Shown here one piece after another: positions 1 through 9,548 of a stretch of DNA of 36,417 nucleotides. The position numbers and the translations under genes were made by a program. The stretch comes from Candidatus Thorarchaeota archaeon (GTDB taxonomy: Archaea; Asgardarchaeota; Thorarchaeia; Thorarchaeales; Thorarchaeaceae): the NCBI GenBank assembly GCA_029210805.1, contig JARGGA010000003.1, forward strand, positions 1 to 36,417. The letters run 5' to 3'. The notes beneath the pieces were generated by a model. It did no database searches, was not told the DNA's origin, and worked only from the letters and a program-made list of their open reading frames with translations. Positions within the stretch are counted from its first letter, which is position 1, and each line of letters starts with the position of its first letter.

Positions 1-1
1 T

Positions 2-490
2 GCTAAGTGGTACTATATTCTTCATGGGTATGCAAGATGTGATTACTACCTCGATGATACGATTCCATTTGATAATGCTATCACTATCGCAGAGTTCGAA
101 ACCCTACATGAAACGTATTATAATCATGAAGGAAGTAGTCTGTACGAATGGCTTTTGATTGCAAACAAAGAGGATATATCCTATCCTTATTGGTATATAG
201 GATTTCACTATGTCGATACTTCTGGTTATGATTGGGGAATTGTTCTTTATGATTACTCACTGGCATACAATGCAAATCAGCAAACAGGTACCGATTTTCT
301 CAATTGGGCAAAATGTGGCTTCTTGCATGAATTTGGTCACCATGCTGGAATTCTTGACACAGATTCCGGTGGGGAAAAATACTGTTCAAATTATGCATGC
401 TGTATGGCTTCAGAAAGTGATGATAATGCGATAGATGCTCCATGGTACTGTTCATTCCATTGGTCACTTAGGAACTCGAATTTTCGATAG
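2..490 (+). CDS. Metzincin-type zinc metalloprotease, C-terminal part (5' end outside the window)
   Basis: The frame is open from position 2 to TAG at 490. HEFGHHAGILD fits HExxHxxGxxD and is followed by CSNYACCM...CSFH, resembling the archaemetzincin Met-turn/Cys cluster. Confidence 0.7.
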   Translation, partial: AKWYYILHGYARCDYYLDDTIPFDNAITIAEFETLHETYYNHEGSSLYEWLLIANKEDISYPYWYIGFHYVDTSGYDWGIVLYDYSLAYNANQQTGTDFLNWAKCGFLHEFGHHAGILDTDSGGEKYCSNYACCMASESDDNAIDAPWYCSFHWSLRNSNFR

Positions 491-507
491 GATTTAGGTT
501 TCTCAAA

Positions 508-542
508 ATAGTGGCCAATTTGGTCACTATCCTTTCTTTTTC
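508..542 (+). terminator. Dyad ATAGTGGCCAA-T-TTGGTCACTAT followed by a T-rich tract; possible terminator or operator
   Basis: 11-bp arms with one G:T mismatch at 508-530, then CCTTTCTTTTT, just after the protease stop codon. Confidence 0.5.
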
Positions 543-618
543 AACATCGTATCAGCAATTCCCCTGTAATACATGGAGTATTATCCCTCTATAACACTGG
601 TCCTATAGAGGACTAATA

Positions 619-801
619 ATGCGTCTGATAGCTGTGCACTTGCCCGAAAAAATTCTGATTGACATTCAAAAACTGGTTGAGAATGGACTCTACCCGAATC
701 GCTCAGAAGCCATTAGAATTGCAATCAGAGACCTGCTTAAACATGAGCTCTGGGGACGCAGTCAGACGACTACAACCAGGATGAGTGATGTCGTAGGATG
801 A
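619..801 (+). CDS. cdrS: Ribbon-helix-helix transcription factor, CdrS-like
   Basis: MRLIAVHLP...LVENGLYPNRSEAIRIAIRDLL is a CopG/Arc RHH pattern. Its stop overlaps the ftsZ start (ATGA), as in the archaeal cdrS-ftsZ2 operon. Confidence 0.8.
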   Translation: MRLIAVHLPEKILIDIQKLVENGLYPNRSEAIRIAIRDLLKHELWGRSQTTTTRMSDVVG

Positions 802-2063
802 AGTCATTCATAGATTCCTCAAGAGAGCATAGTCGTGGTGAGAGGTCGATTGGCCCTTCCCTTGATATGGGTCAGGCTCGAATCGTAGTTATTGGTTGCG
901 GAGGAGCTGGTAATAACACAGTCAAACGACTAATGACAATAGGTGTGCAAGGCGCAGAGTGCATAGCAATAAACACTGACAGGCAGCATCTCGCAGTCAC
1001 AACGGCTCACAGAAAGTTACTCATTGGCGAAAAAATAACAAGAGGATTGGGCGCAGGTGGATACCCACATGTTGGTCAGGCTGCTGCTGAAGAATCTGCT
1101 CAACAACTTTCTGAACTTTTGAGAGATGCAGATTTAGTCTTCATAGCTGCAGGAATGGGCGGTGGTACTGGGACTGGTAGCGCGCCAATTGTAGCTGAGA
1201 TTGCCAAACGAAATGATGCAATAGTAGTTGGCGTCGTCACAATGCCATTTAGTCTTGAACGCGCCCGCATCGACAAGGCAAAGGCAGGGCTTGCTAGGTT
1301 GCAAGAATTTGCGGATACGGTAGTTGTAATTGACAATCAAAAGCTGATGGAACTGGTTCCTGATCTTCCCCTTGAGGAAGCATTTGGCGTTGCTGATGAA
1401 GTGTTAGCCGCTATGACCAAGGGTATCACTGAAACTATTACCATGCCAAGTCTGATTAATCTGGACTATGCGGATGTACGATCCATAATCTGTAATGGTG
1501 GCGTAGCACTAGTAGGCCTTGGTGAAGCCACTGGAACAGAAAGATTGGAAGATGCCATAAAGAATGCCCTGAATAGCCCCTTACTAGAGGTTGAATGGAA
1601 TGGTGCCACTGGCGCCTTAATTCATATCACTGGGGGTCCAGATATGTCACTTGCAGAGGCAAATGGCGTAGGCGAGAAGATATCCGAAAAGATGAGCGCT
1701 GATGCAAATGTAATCTGGGGAGCACGTGTCGATCCACGATTTACTGGAAGTATTCGTGTGATGCTAATTCTCACAGGTGTGAAGAGCCCACAGCTGCTTG
1801 CCCGTTCAAAAGAAGAGGTGGAATCGCCCAAGGGAAGACGACGGCTCCAAGATCTTGGAATCATGTCATCCTCTGCAGGCTCTCTTGATCCTCGGAAGAT
1901 CAAGGCTGAATTTCGATCAATTGGGAAGGTTCCACAAGTGGGTAGAACATCTTGGGAAGACCGCCTCAAGCCACTTGAGAAACGGCTTGAGAGAAGCAAT
2001 GCGGAAAAGACCCAAGAGAAACGAAAGAGTCTGGATGATTTGGGACTACGAAGACTCTCTTAG
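798..2063 (+). CDS. ftsZ: Cell division GTPase FtsZ (probably FtsZ2 type)
   Basis: [20 protein letters not shown] signature and T7 loop NLDYAD. The FtsZ2 assignment is inferred from the upstream cdrS. Confidence 0.97.
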   Translation: MKSFIDSSREHSRGERSIGPSLDMGQARIVVIGCGGAGNNTVKRLMTIGVQGAECIAINTDRQHLAVTTAHRKLLIGEKITRGLGAGGYPHVGQAAAEESAQQLSELLRDADLVFIAAGMGGGTGTGSAPIVAEIAKRNDAIVVGVVTMPFSLERARIDKAKAGLARLQEFADTVVVIDNQKLMELVPDLPLEEAFGVADEVLAAMTKGITETITMPSLINLDYADVRSIICNGGVALVGLGEATGTERLEDAIKNALNSPLLEVEWNGATGALIHITGGPDMSLAEANGVGEKISEKMSADANVIWGARVDPRFTGSIRVMLILTGVKSPQLLARSKEEVESPKGRRRLQDLGIMSSSAGSLDPRKIKAEFRSIGKVPQVGRTSWEDRLKPLEKRLERSNAEKTQEKRKSLDDLGLRRLS

Positions 2064-2128
2064 TCATTTCACAAATTTCCCAATTCTTGTCTATCTGAGG
2101 TTAAATATCCTCTGGCCAACTAGTATAC

Positions 2129-2500
2129 ATGAAACTCAAGAATGACTACTCTACTCAGGAATCTGAACAAGAAAACATGATTGATGAGTTCTTCCAAGAG
2201 GCAAAGAGGGCGAATGAGGAACGCCGTAAGGAACTGGCCCTTATCCTTGGTTGTGTGATCAACAAATCTGAAGCGGAGAGGTTCACATCACTCTTGAAGA
2301 CAATTGACTTTAGGGGGACAGTAGATGTAACAGGGTGGAATAGGGCTTCTGTCAAAACACTCCTTCAGATCAGTCGTGATAGGAACAACGATACAACGAT
2401 AAAATACGGTGAGCGATATCTTTCGCCAGTGACTCTCCCAAGGGACGGACCATTGCTTGATTCCTTTGTGGATGCCATATTTACAGGCGAGTGGACTTAG
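2129..2500 (+). CDS. Hypothetical protein
   Basis: 123-aa ORF with protein-like composition filling the gap after ftsZ; no motif recognised. Confidence 0.65.
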   Translation: MKLKNDYSTQESEQENMIDEFFQEAKRANEERRKELALILGCVINKSEAERFTSLLKTIDFRGTVDVTGWNRASVKTLLQISRDRNNDTTIKYGERYLSPVTLPRDGPLLDSFVDAIFTGEWT

Positions 2501-2523
2501 TCGCTCCTATATCCAATACAAGT

Positions 2524-3162
2524 TCATTGTTCGAACAAGGTCATTGCAGCCGCCATAGACACTTCGCGTGCAAGATTTCTATCAACAGCTGAACCAATGA
2601 GTATCACATCATTGTCAATAGGTCGTAAGCTTTCTGCAATCAGAAGTGTTTCCTTTTCACTCATAGTCAAGAGATTGGTATTATCTGGAGGCATTAGAAT
2701 CAAGCCATCCTTCATAACTAGAGTCGTAGCTCCCGCTTGGCCATACCCACCATGGACCATGGCCTCATCTCTCTGTTTGATACCGTCTTTGACTGCTGAT
2801 GCTTTCCCTCGCACAACATTTGCATAAGCAAAATCATGAAGTGTTAGCTCACTCAACTCAAGGTACAATCCAAGGGGGATGTCCCTTGAAATCCTATCAA
2901 ATAGTTCCTTGCCCTTTGCAGTCAATCTCTGACCCTGTTTTCCTTCGGCAACAATATACCCTCCCTTTGTTAGACGCTTCATCAATGACCTCACACTTCC
3001 TTCTCCAAGGGAGAGTTGAGTACATAGATCATATCGTCCTAGGGGTTGTTGGGTACCAATAAGCAAGAATGATACAACGACATGATGTGATTGGAATGAT
3101 TGAGGTGCATTCAGATAGCGCAAATCTGCCAACTCGTGTGCAATCTTTCTCCAATCCTGCAT
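2524..3162 (-). CDS. Winged-HTH DNA-binding protein with DUF4443-like C-terminal domain
   Basis: PLGRYDLCTQLSLGEGSVRSLMKRL wHTH; C-terminal GIKQRDEAM...GATTL motif. Confidence 0.75.
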   Translation of the reverse strand: MQDWRKIAHELADLRYLNAPQSFQSHHVVVSFLLIGTQQPLGRYDLCTQLSLGEGSVRSLMKRLTKGGYIVAEGKQGQRLTAKGKELFDRISRDIPLGLYLELSELTLHDFAYANVVRGKASAVKDGIKQRDEAMVHGGYGQAGATTLVMKDGLILMPPDNTNLLTMSEKETLLIAESLRPIDNDVILIGSAVDRNLAREVSMAAAMTLFEQ

Positions 3163-3165
3163 CTC

Positions 3166-3783
3166 TTACATCTCCTCTCCTGATTCTTGATCCTTAGCTA
3201 TGTATAGTTCTTCATTTGGCGTATTCCAAATCATAGATGCCATATTCTTCTTGATTATTGGCTCTACAATAGGAACGACAAACGCTAAGATGAACGCGTT
3301 GGAAACTACATGTATCACCATGAATGGCAATCCTAGGACTACAGCAACAGCATATGGAACATTGTAGACGAGGGAATAACCGATATTTGTCACAAGGTCG
3401 AAGACTGCTGCAAGAAAGGCACCAACTACAAACATCTCGATTGGTTTTTGGTAGGTGTTTAGTTTTCTTCTGCCTAGCAGTCCTCCCACCATCGCGATAT
3501 ACAACCATCCTATCATCTGAGTAAACCAGATTTGTGGGATAAATGGTCCCCATGGATTGATAGTTGAAAAAATAATGGAGGTCAAGAGTGAGGTCCATAT
3601 GCCCATTGGCAACCCGAAAACGAGGGCTGTAATGAAAATCACTACAGACCCTAGTTCCACATTGGGAATACCAACGAGAGCGTAGTTACCTAATAGAGCT
3701 AAAGCTGTCATATTGGCAACAATCGCTACTTTCCGACTTGACGGAATGGATTGCTGGCTTCCCTCTTCTCCCATTATTCTCAC
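3166..3783 (-). CDS. ECF transporter substrate-specific S component
   Basis: About 6 TM helices, N-terminal AIVANMTALAL (AxxxA), IPNVE motif and C-terminal HVVSNA. Confidence 0.8.
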   Translation of the reverse strand: MRIMGEEGSQQSIPSSRKVAIVANMTALALLGNYALVGIPNVELGSVVIFITALVFGLPMGIWTSLLTSIIFSTINPWGPFIPQIWFTQMIGWLYIAMVGGLLGRRKLNTYQKPIEMFVVGAFLAAVFDLVTNIGYSLVYNVPYAVAVVLGLPFMVIHVVSNAFILAFVVPIVEPIIKKNMASMIWNTPNEELYIAKDQESGEEM

Positions 3784-3792
3784 TCTAATTGA

Positions 3793-4578
3793 TTATTTTC
3801 TCCGGAGGAAGAATATGATAACTATTGCAGCTATTGCAACTACTCCAAGCCCTCCAACATATAGGCCTAGCACTGATAAATCGAAAACCAAAGGCGGCTC
3901 AATTGATTTGAGTTCCAAGACCAAGTTATATGGAGTTCCAAAGTTAACAGAAGTGTTGGCTCTAACCAGCACTCCTGACACAAGATCATATGCTAAGTAT
4001 GTCCTCTGTGGTTCTCCAAACCCTGATGGATCCTGCACATAGTCCCAGCTTATGCAATCGCGTGCGACTCCACCCGCGGTGAGCCTTTCATATTTCGATT
4101 CGACAGTTCCATTAAGATAGTTACCTAGGACTCTTGCAGCTGCAGTATAGGCTGAAGCGTTTTCGGCCTCGATATTTGCTGTTCCTGTGGGAATAACGAG
4201 CCCGGGTTTCCATGGGGAAACAAAATTGGAGATTGCCAGAACAAGATTGTAAGCAATGAGACTGTTATTCGCTGTCATAACAAAATCGAAATTCCCAATG
4301 CTAATGATTCCTTCAAGGTAGCTGTTTGAAGCCCCGACCTCCATAACTTCAAACGCAATTTCGTTCCCTATCTCTACAGACCAATTTCCAAGAACTGCAT
4401 AGCTCTGATTCAACCATGCGACCGGAGTTTCAGGTGCTTCAACAACGTTCCATCTTATTACGGTCTTCCCTTCTTCTTTAGGACCTATGATGTCACTATA
4501 TCCACTAGCAGTGGTGGATAAAAACGGGACCAAAAGAATTGCTGCTAAAATCAATGATAGAATTACGTTCTTTTTCAA
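3793..4578 (-). CDS. Exported protein with C-terminal membrane anchor
   Basis: Signal peptide MKKNVILSLILAAILL, several NxS/T sequons, C-terminal TM helix followed by RRK. Confidence 0.75.
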   Translation of the reverse strand: MKKNVILSLILAAILLVPFLSTTASGYSDIIGPKEEGKTVIRWNVVEAPETPVAWLNQSYAVLGNWSVEIGNEIAFEVMEVGASNSYLEGIISIGNFDFVMTANNSLIAYNLVLAISNFVSPWKPGLVIPTGTANIEAENASAYTAAARVLGNYLNGTVESKYERLTAGGVARDCISWDYVQDPSGFGEPQRTYLAYDLVSGVLVRANTSVNFGTPYNLVLELKSIEPPLVFDLSVLGLYVGGLGVVAIAAIVIIFFLRRK

Positions 4579-4584
4579 TTTTCA

Positions 4585-5097
4585 TCATCCTTTGTATTGT
4601 CTTGCCCAGAGCACTATGAGTACCAATATGGATACACCGCCGAGAATAGCAGCGCCCAGAATTAACGAATAGTCAACTATGGGTTGGACTGGAGTGGTTT
4701 GCACATTTGGATTTGGAGAGGATAATACCCATTCAATCGAGTCATTATCTTCTAGCAAGTACACATTCGCAGCACTTCCACCCAGCTCACCATTTACCTT
4801 GTAATGCCAATATTGCTGCGCTTCATCACTCTCGCTAACGCCTGATACCGATGTAACAAAAATTAAGTTACCATACCACTCTCCTTCAGCGCCAGCAGTG
4901 GAGTTAGTGACCTCATAGACATTGGTTCCTTCAAGATTAGAGAACTCGTGGATCGTTCCATTCCCGAAGTTAATAGCCAATGAGATACCTGTTGCAGCAA
5001 GTGTGTATGAGGTACCGAAAGCATTGACCCCCAAAGGAAATAGACTTGCCGCTATCATTGCAAAAACAAGCGACACTCTAAGGCGTGAGGAAGTCAT
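4585..5097 (-). CDS. DUF4430 (transcobalamin-like C-terminal domain) membrane-anchored protein
   Basis: FVTSVSGV...YWHYKVNGELGGSAANVYLLEDNDSIEW matches the DUF4430 pattern; signal peptide and C-terminal TM helix. Confidence 0.8.
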   Translation of the reverse strand: MTSSRLRVSLVFAMIAASLFPLGVNAFGTSYTLAATGISLAINFGNGTIHEFSNLEGTNVYEVTNSTAGAEGEWYGNLIFVTSVSGVSESDEAQQYWHYKVNGELGGSAANVYLLEDNDSIEWVLSSPNPNVQTTPVQPIVDYSLILGAAILGGVSILVLIVLWARQYKG

Positions 5098-5118
5098 TCG
5101 GGCAACCCTCCAGATATG

Positions 5119-5160
5119 TAGGATAGGTTAACCTGTCCTATGACCTATTAAACATTTTCG
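5119..5160 (-). promoter_or_regulatory. BRE-TATA promoter with adjacent 22-bp palindromic operator candidate
   Basis: Minus strand CGAAAATG-TTTAATA at 5160-5146; palindrome TAGGATAGGTT/AACCTGTCCTA at 5119-5140 with one mismatch. Confidence 0.6.
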
Positions 5161-5181
5161 TCGAATGATGATACCGCGCCG

Positions 5182-5856
5182 TTACAGGGATGCTTTACAC
5201 TCTCGGCATCGCTTGCTTCCAGGTTTACTCATTGCACCACATCTGGCACACATTCTATATTCAGTCATCCGCATAGTTTCGGTAGCTGCTTTCTTGATTT
5301 TTTTAATATCTGAACCAGAAAGACCCATTTTCTTCTTTGTTTCGGAGCTGGCTTTTTCACAAAAAGCCACGATGGACTTCAGTTTTGGTCTAATTCGTTC
5401 CTCTTTCGTTGAAAGGCGGTCATGATCACTGGTATCGAGATGGGATTCACGACCAATAGCATCTTGGTACAATGACAACAAATCCGCTATAGTAGCAAAG
5501 TAGTCTAACATGGCAACTCCCGCATCCTTTGAGCCCTGCTGTCTTGAAAGGTCAGGGCCTTTCTCAATCTTACGATTAAGTTGGTCCAGTTTCTCTACTA
5601 GCTTGCCAGACAGGTTTCCAGATGAACCTGCTCCACGTCGATACTGACTACTTACGTTATCTTTGCCAGAGGGAAGTCTGCTCCCGGTTTTGCTATCTCC
5701 GAAACGAACGCTGGTGCTTCCATCTGCACCTCTTGCAACACCATAGGTTCCATCTTCTGGATGAGATTCAACCCGTTTCATAATAGACCTGCCACAAAAC
5801 GGACACACGCTATCATTTGCATCAATACTAGCGCCACAACCTTCACAGCTTGTCAT
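5182..5856 (-). CDS. Protein with N- and C-terminal zinc ribbons
   Basis: CEGC...CPFC at the N-terminus and CARC...CREC at the C-terminus. ATG 5856 preferred over 5937. Confidence 0.75.
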   Translation of the reverse strand: MTSCEGCGASIDANDSVCPFCGRSIMKRVESHPEDGTYGVARGADGSTSVRFGDSKTGSRLPSGKDNVSSQYRRGAGSSGNLSGKLVEKLDQLNRKIEKGPDLSRQQGSKDAGVAMLDYFATIADLLSLYQDAIGRESHLDTSDHDRLSTKEERIRPKLKSIVAFCEKASSETKKKMGLSGSDIKKIKKAATETMRMTEYRMCARCGAMSKPGSKRCRECKASL

Positions 5857-5985
5857 ACTGAATACCTCTTCACAGCAATGACTAGCAACCCTCAAGGTAA
5901 GATTTAGAGCTTCCGAAAATTCATCTAGTACTACCAATATGCTACACGTGCTTGTATGGAACTATGACAGAGGGGAATGACGAAT

Positions 5986-6777
5986 CTAGATTTTTTCGGC
6001 TGTCATGAAGATAGCAGTTCTACTGAACCGTACTCCTCCATCACCTGTCATATGTTCCTTAATGGCTCCACGTGCATCTGACTTAATATCTGAAGTGATG
6101 AATTCACCGTTTTCTTTGTCTTCAATCCAGTTGTAGTCCATCATTTCTTTCCACCAATTATCAACTGAAGGGTATGTGTAATAGAAAATCTCAACCACAA
6201 ATCTGAGATTGATGAGTCCTTTATCTTTCATGATGATACGCCAGCCCTCTTCATGCTCAGCATGGTAGTTGGTTCTACATTCAATATCATGCGAGTTGAG
6301 AAAGCGTTTCATCCAATCCAAATCTTCTTGGTTCAACCATGTACTCAATCCAAAGTACCCACCGGGTTTTAGCACTCGCAGGATCTCTTTTGTGAGCACA
6401 TCATCTGCAACAAACTCACCTTTCTTGAAATCGAAGTAATCATCCCATCCGATGAATCCGGCAATCACATAATCAAAATTGGAATCCGGAAATCCTGTTT
6501 CACAGGCATCTTTCAAGAGGACTTCTGCATTAGAAATAGAACAACGTTGAATTTCGCCATTTGCTTTGTTGACACAATGTTCGCACAGCTCAACACTTGT
6601 CACAGAACCGGTTTCACCAACTCTTTTTGCAGCTGGATAGAGATTTGCCCCGCCTCCAGTTCCAATGTCCAGGACGTTTGAACCATCTTTGATTTCAAGA
6701 AGTCGAACAAGTGTTTCTCCGAAATGGTCCCAAAAAGTACCCCATGTACTTGGAACTAACTCCTCAGTAACCAACAC
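5986..6777 (-). CDS. Class I SAM-dependent methyltransferase (UbiE-like)
   Basis: VLDIGTGGG motif I, FPDSNFDYV and EILRVLKPGG. Confidence 0.9.
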   Translation of the reverse strand: MLVTEELVPSTWGTFWDHFGETLVRLLEIKDGSNVLDIGTGGGANLYPAAKRVGETGSVTSVELCEHCVNKANGEIQRCSISNAEVLLKDACETGFPDSNFDYVIAGFIGWDDYFDFKKGEFVADDVLTKEILRVLKPGGYFGLSTWLNQEDLDWMKRFLNSHDIECRTNYHAEHEEGWRIIMKDKGLINLRFVVEIFYYTYPSVDNWWKEMMDYNWIEDKENGEFITSDIKSDARGAIKEHMTGDGGVRFSRTAIFMTAEKI

Positions 6778-6852
6778 AATCCGCCATCATGTGAATGATT
6801 AGGTGGCAATATGTACTTTCAATTTAACGCAACTTTCTGTTAAGAAAGGATT

Positions 6853-7893
6853 CTAACTCATTATGCCTCGAATAATATCGACCAACACACCATCTTGAAC
6901 AGATAGTATTGACTCTACATCGATATTCGCGATGTAACGGATGTATTCTTTCATAGATTCTGCCATTTTTGATCTATTTGTTCTATGAGAGTCTGCATTT
7001 GTCGGAAGCGTCATCCCAAGATTCGTGAATTCTTCCTGAACATCGAGAAAATCCTCTCCATCACAGGATTTGCCTAGACTCAACTCATGTAGCACATGAT
7101 TTCCATATGCGGTGTACCAGAGTGGTTCGAGGTCAACTTCAGTTACATCATAGCCATCATCTGTAGAGGTATGCACCACCTCAATAGGTATCAGGCTATT
7201 CATCTCATTTGCTCGCAGTTCAAGAATTCGATCGATACGCCTTGCGAGGACTTCGCATTCATTCATTCTTTCGACGTCAAGACCAATAGTAGTTCCTCCT
7301 CTATCTATCTGAGCGCATAGTTCAGTGACTACAAGGTCACGAACTTGCCCTTCTTTTTCAGAAGAATTGGGTATCGCCCAGATCGCACTCAATAGCTTAA
7401 AGGGCTCAATATCCAGTAACCCGACCCACTCTAGATCAAGACTGGACAGTAAATTCTGGAGTATGAGAATGTGTAGCCAGTGGGACTCTTGTGTCTGAGA
7501 TGTGGGAATTTTGTTCTTGATAGAATAAAGGGTGCTGGAATCCAGTCTTCCTCTCTCTATGAGATCATGGACCTTTCTCACCCTTTCTCTGTAGAGTTCT
7601 TCATCTACCTCACGAAAACCCTCTGGGGCTTCTTGTATGAAAAGCAGGACGGCGTTTTTACTCGATATGGGAGGCCAACCTCCTCCCTCAATCAATACTC
7701 TGAACGTGTCCTTAGTAATGACCGTTAGAGGTCCATTATGGCCATCAAAAGGATTGTAATTAATGGCATAATCTTCAGGTTTCTTATTATCAAAGTCTCG
7801 ATACTTGACAGAGATGAGTATCTTCTGTTTCTTCTTATCGATTACAATGAGATGCAGGAGTTTTCCCTTATCGAATGGCTTTGGAGATGACAC
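6853..7893 (-). CDS. Hypothetical protein
   Basis: 346-aa ORF with no recognised motif. Confidence 0.7.
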   Translation of the reverse strand: MSSPKPFDKGKLLHLIVIDKKKQKILISVKYRDFDNKKPEDYAINYNPFDGHNGPLTVITKDTFRVLIEGGGWPPISSKNAVLLFIQEAPEGFREVDEELYRERVRKVHDLIERGRLDSSTLYSIKNKIPTSQTQESHWLHILILQNLLSSLDLEWVGLLDIEPFKLLSAIWAIPNSSEKEGQVRDLVVTELCAQIDRGGTTIGLDVERMNECEVLARRIDRILELRANEMNSLIPIEVVHTSTDDGYDVTEVDLEPLWYTAYGNHVLHELSLGKSCDGEDFLDVQEEFTNLGMTLPTNADSHRTNRSKMAESMKEYIRYIANIDVESILSVQDGVLVDIIRGIMS

Positions 7894-8048
7894 AGTACTC
7901 CCTGCGTAAAAGCAGCCTAAAAGTTACACTTTTGGTTGCTCAATGAAAGAGGAATGCAGATATCGCTAGACGAGTATTGAGAGAGCAATCCTAGTGACCA
8001 CTACACTGGAAGATTAGTAGGAGTCCAAATCATCCATCTTATTCTATA

Positions 8049-8477
8049 TTATTCTATGATTCCTCTTTCTCTCAGCCAAGGTTCAGCTACTTGCAAGACT
8101 CTTTCATATAGCGGTCCAGATCCGTCGACACCCTCAGGTGTCACGCGAACTTTGTTCATAATCACAATTATAGATCTATCTGGGAAATACTGAATGCCGC
8201 CTGGTGGGAACTGCTTCTCTAATTCTTTAGCAAGTCCCTCTAGACTGATTTCCTGTTCTGAAACAGAGAATGCGACAATGCCAGGACCATAGATGAACAT
8301 CTTGGGAACGGCTGCATCGCCAGTTACACCAGCAAGAACGATACTGAGGGTATTTGCATCGATACCGATGAGGGTTCCTGCGTAGTTCTTTCCATTATTC
8401 AGTTCAACTTCTACAGATGAACCGACTACCGCTGCCATCTCGCGGTTAAAAGCTCTCATTGCTGCGACATCTGACAT
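8049..8477 (-). CDS. Sm/Lsm RNA-binding protein with C-terminal domain (SmAP3-like)
   Basis: Sm1 motif VEVELNNGKNYAGTLIGID...IVL and Sm2 KMFIYG, plus an approximately 65-aa Lsm_C-like extension. Confidence 0.85.
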   Translation of the reverse strand: MSDVAAMRAFNREMAAVVGSSVEVELNNGKNYAGTLIGIDANTLSIVLAGVTGDAAVPKMFIYGPGIVAFSVSEQEISLEGLAKELEKQFPPGGIQYFPDRSIIVIMNKVRVTPEGVDGSGPLYERVLQVAEPWLRERGIIE

Positions 8478-8686
8478 CCTATTATCACCTTTGAAAGTAA
8501 AAATGCGGACTTATTCAGTCGCGAAAACAACCTGTTTTAAAACCTCTGTTAAGACAAGAGGGTAGAACCCCCTTCATTTGATTCAGCCTTCTTTTCGAAT
8601 AACAGAAAAGCAATTGTTCCTATATTTGCTAGAAGGCGCATATGTCTTGCATGGTCGCGTTGTAGATTGCCTGGTTACTATACTAT

Positions 8687-9349
8687 TTGTTGTTGTTTTG
8701 GTGGGGACTGCCTTCCTCGCTCACGACCTCAAGAGCAAAGGACTCCAATGTGAAACGAATATGGACATGGATGTGGGATTCGGAAAAGTATCTTCTAGAT
8801 ACGCTTACCCATGTCGGGTTTGTAGAAAAAGAGCGCCAAGGTCTTTTCTCTCTTAGCATCACCAAAGTGAAACCGAAAGTGCATGATTCGGCAATAAAGC
8901 TACAGTCTATTTCAGCAGGAATCACAATTGCAGACTTCGTTAAGGCAAATAGAGAGGCATTCAAAGATGACACCTCACGACCACTAGAGGAAAACGAGTT
9001 GGAAGAATGGCTTGAGAAATCAGAAGGATTTCTTGCAGAATGTCAACTTGCTGCTGTTATTGATGAAACAATCGTTGGAACCGTGATGTCTGAGGTCATT
9101 ACTAATCCCATAAATGATGCAAATCATCGTGAGGCGTGGATATATGGATTAGGTGCATTAGAGCAGTATCGCAGACAAGGGATAGCCTCACTCTTGGTTA
9201 GTGAGCTGACTACCAGGTTGAGTAAGCAAGGTGTCAAAAAGATCTGGCTATTCACTGATATCGAAGGTCCGATAAGGAGTTTCTATGAACATGCTGGCTT
9301 TGTTCATGAGGCTGATTGGGTTGATCTCGATTTGGTGATTGATGAATGA
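8687..9349 (+). CDS. GNAT acetyltransferase, probably a 5'-truncated tandem GNAT
   Basis: YRRQGIASLL motif A and FYEHAGF. The N-terminal VKRIWTW...LTHVGF resembles the end of a first GNAT domain. Start uncertain. Confidence 0.8.
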   Translation: MLLFWWGLPSSLTTSRAKDSNVKRIWTWMWDSEKYLLDTLTHVGFVEKERQGLFSLSITKVKPKVHDSAIKLQSISAGITIADFVKANREAFKDDTSRPLEENELEEWLEKSEGFLAECQLAAVIDETIVGTVMSEVITNPINDANHREAWIYGLGALEQYRRQGIASLLVSELTTRLSKQGVKKIWLFTDIEGPIRSFYEHAGFVHEADWVDLDLVIDE

Positions 9350-9548
9350 TACATCAGGTTCAGATTTGCTATGCCTAAATCCGAAGACATTGGCTATCTT
9401 CTCACGGTAGATTGTATTCTCTCTGAAGAATTCGAGGATATGTAATTTTAGACTAGCATGAAATTATTGATTTACTCCCTAACCCATTGCGCGAGTTCGT
9501 GGGTTAAAATAGCCAAACTCATAGTAATCGTCATCATAGGGATGAACA

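Noticed and set aside
8578-8856. 92-aa ORF with a hydrophobic stretch
   Set aside because: It overlaps the GNAT gene in another frame and has no independent support.
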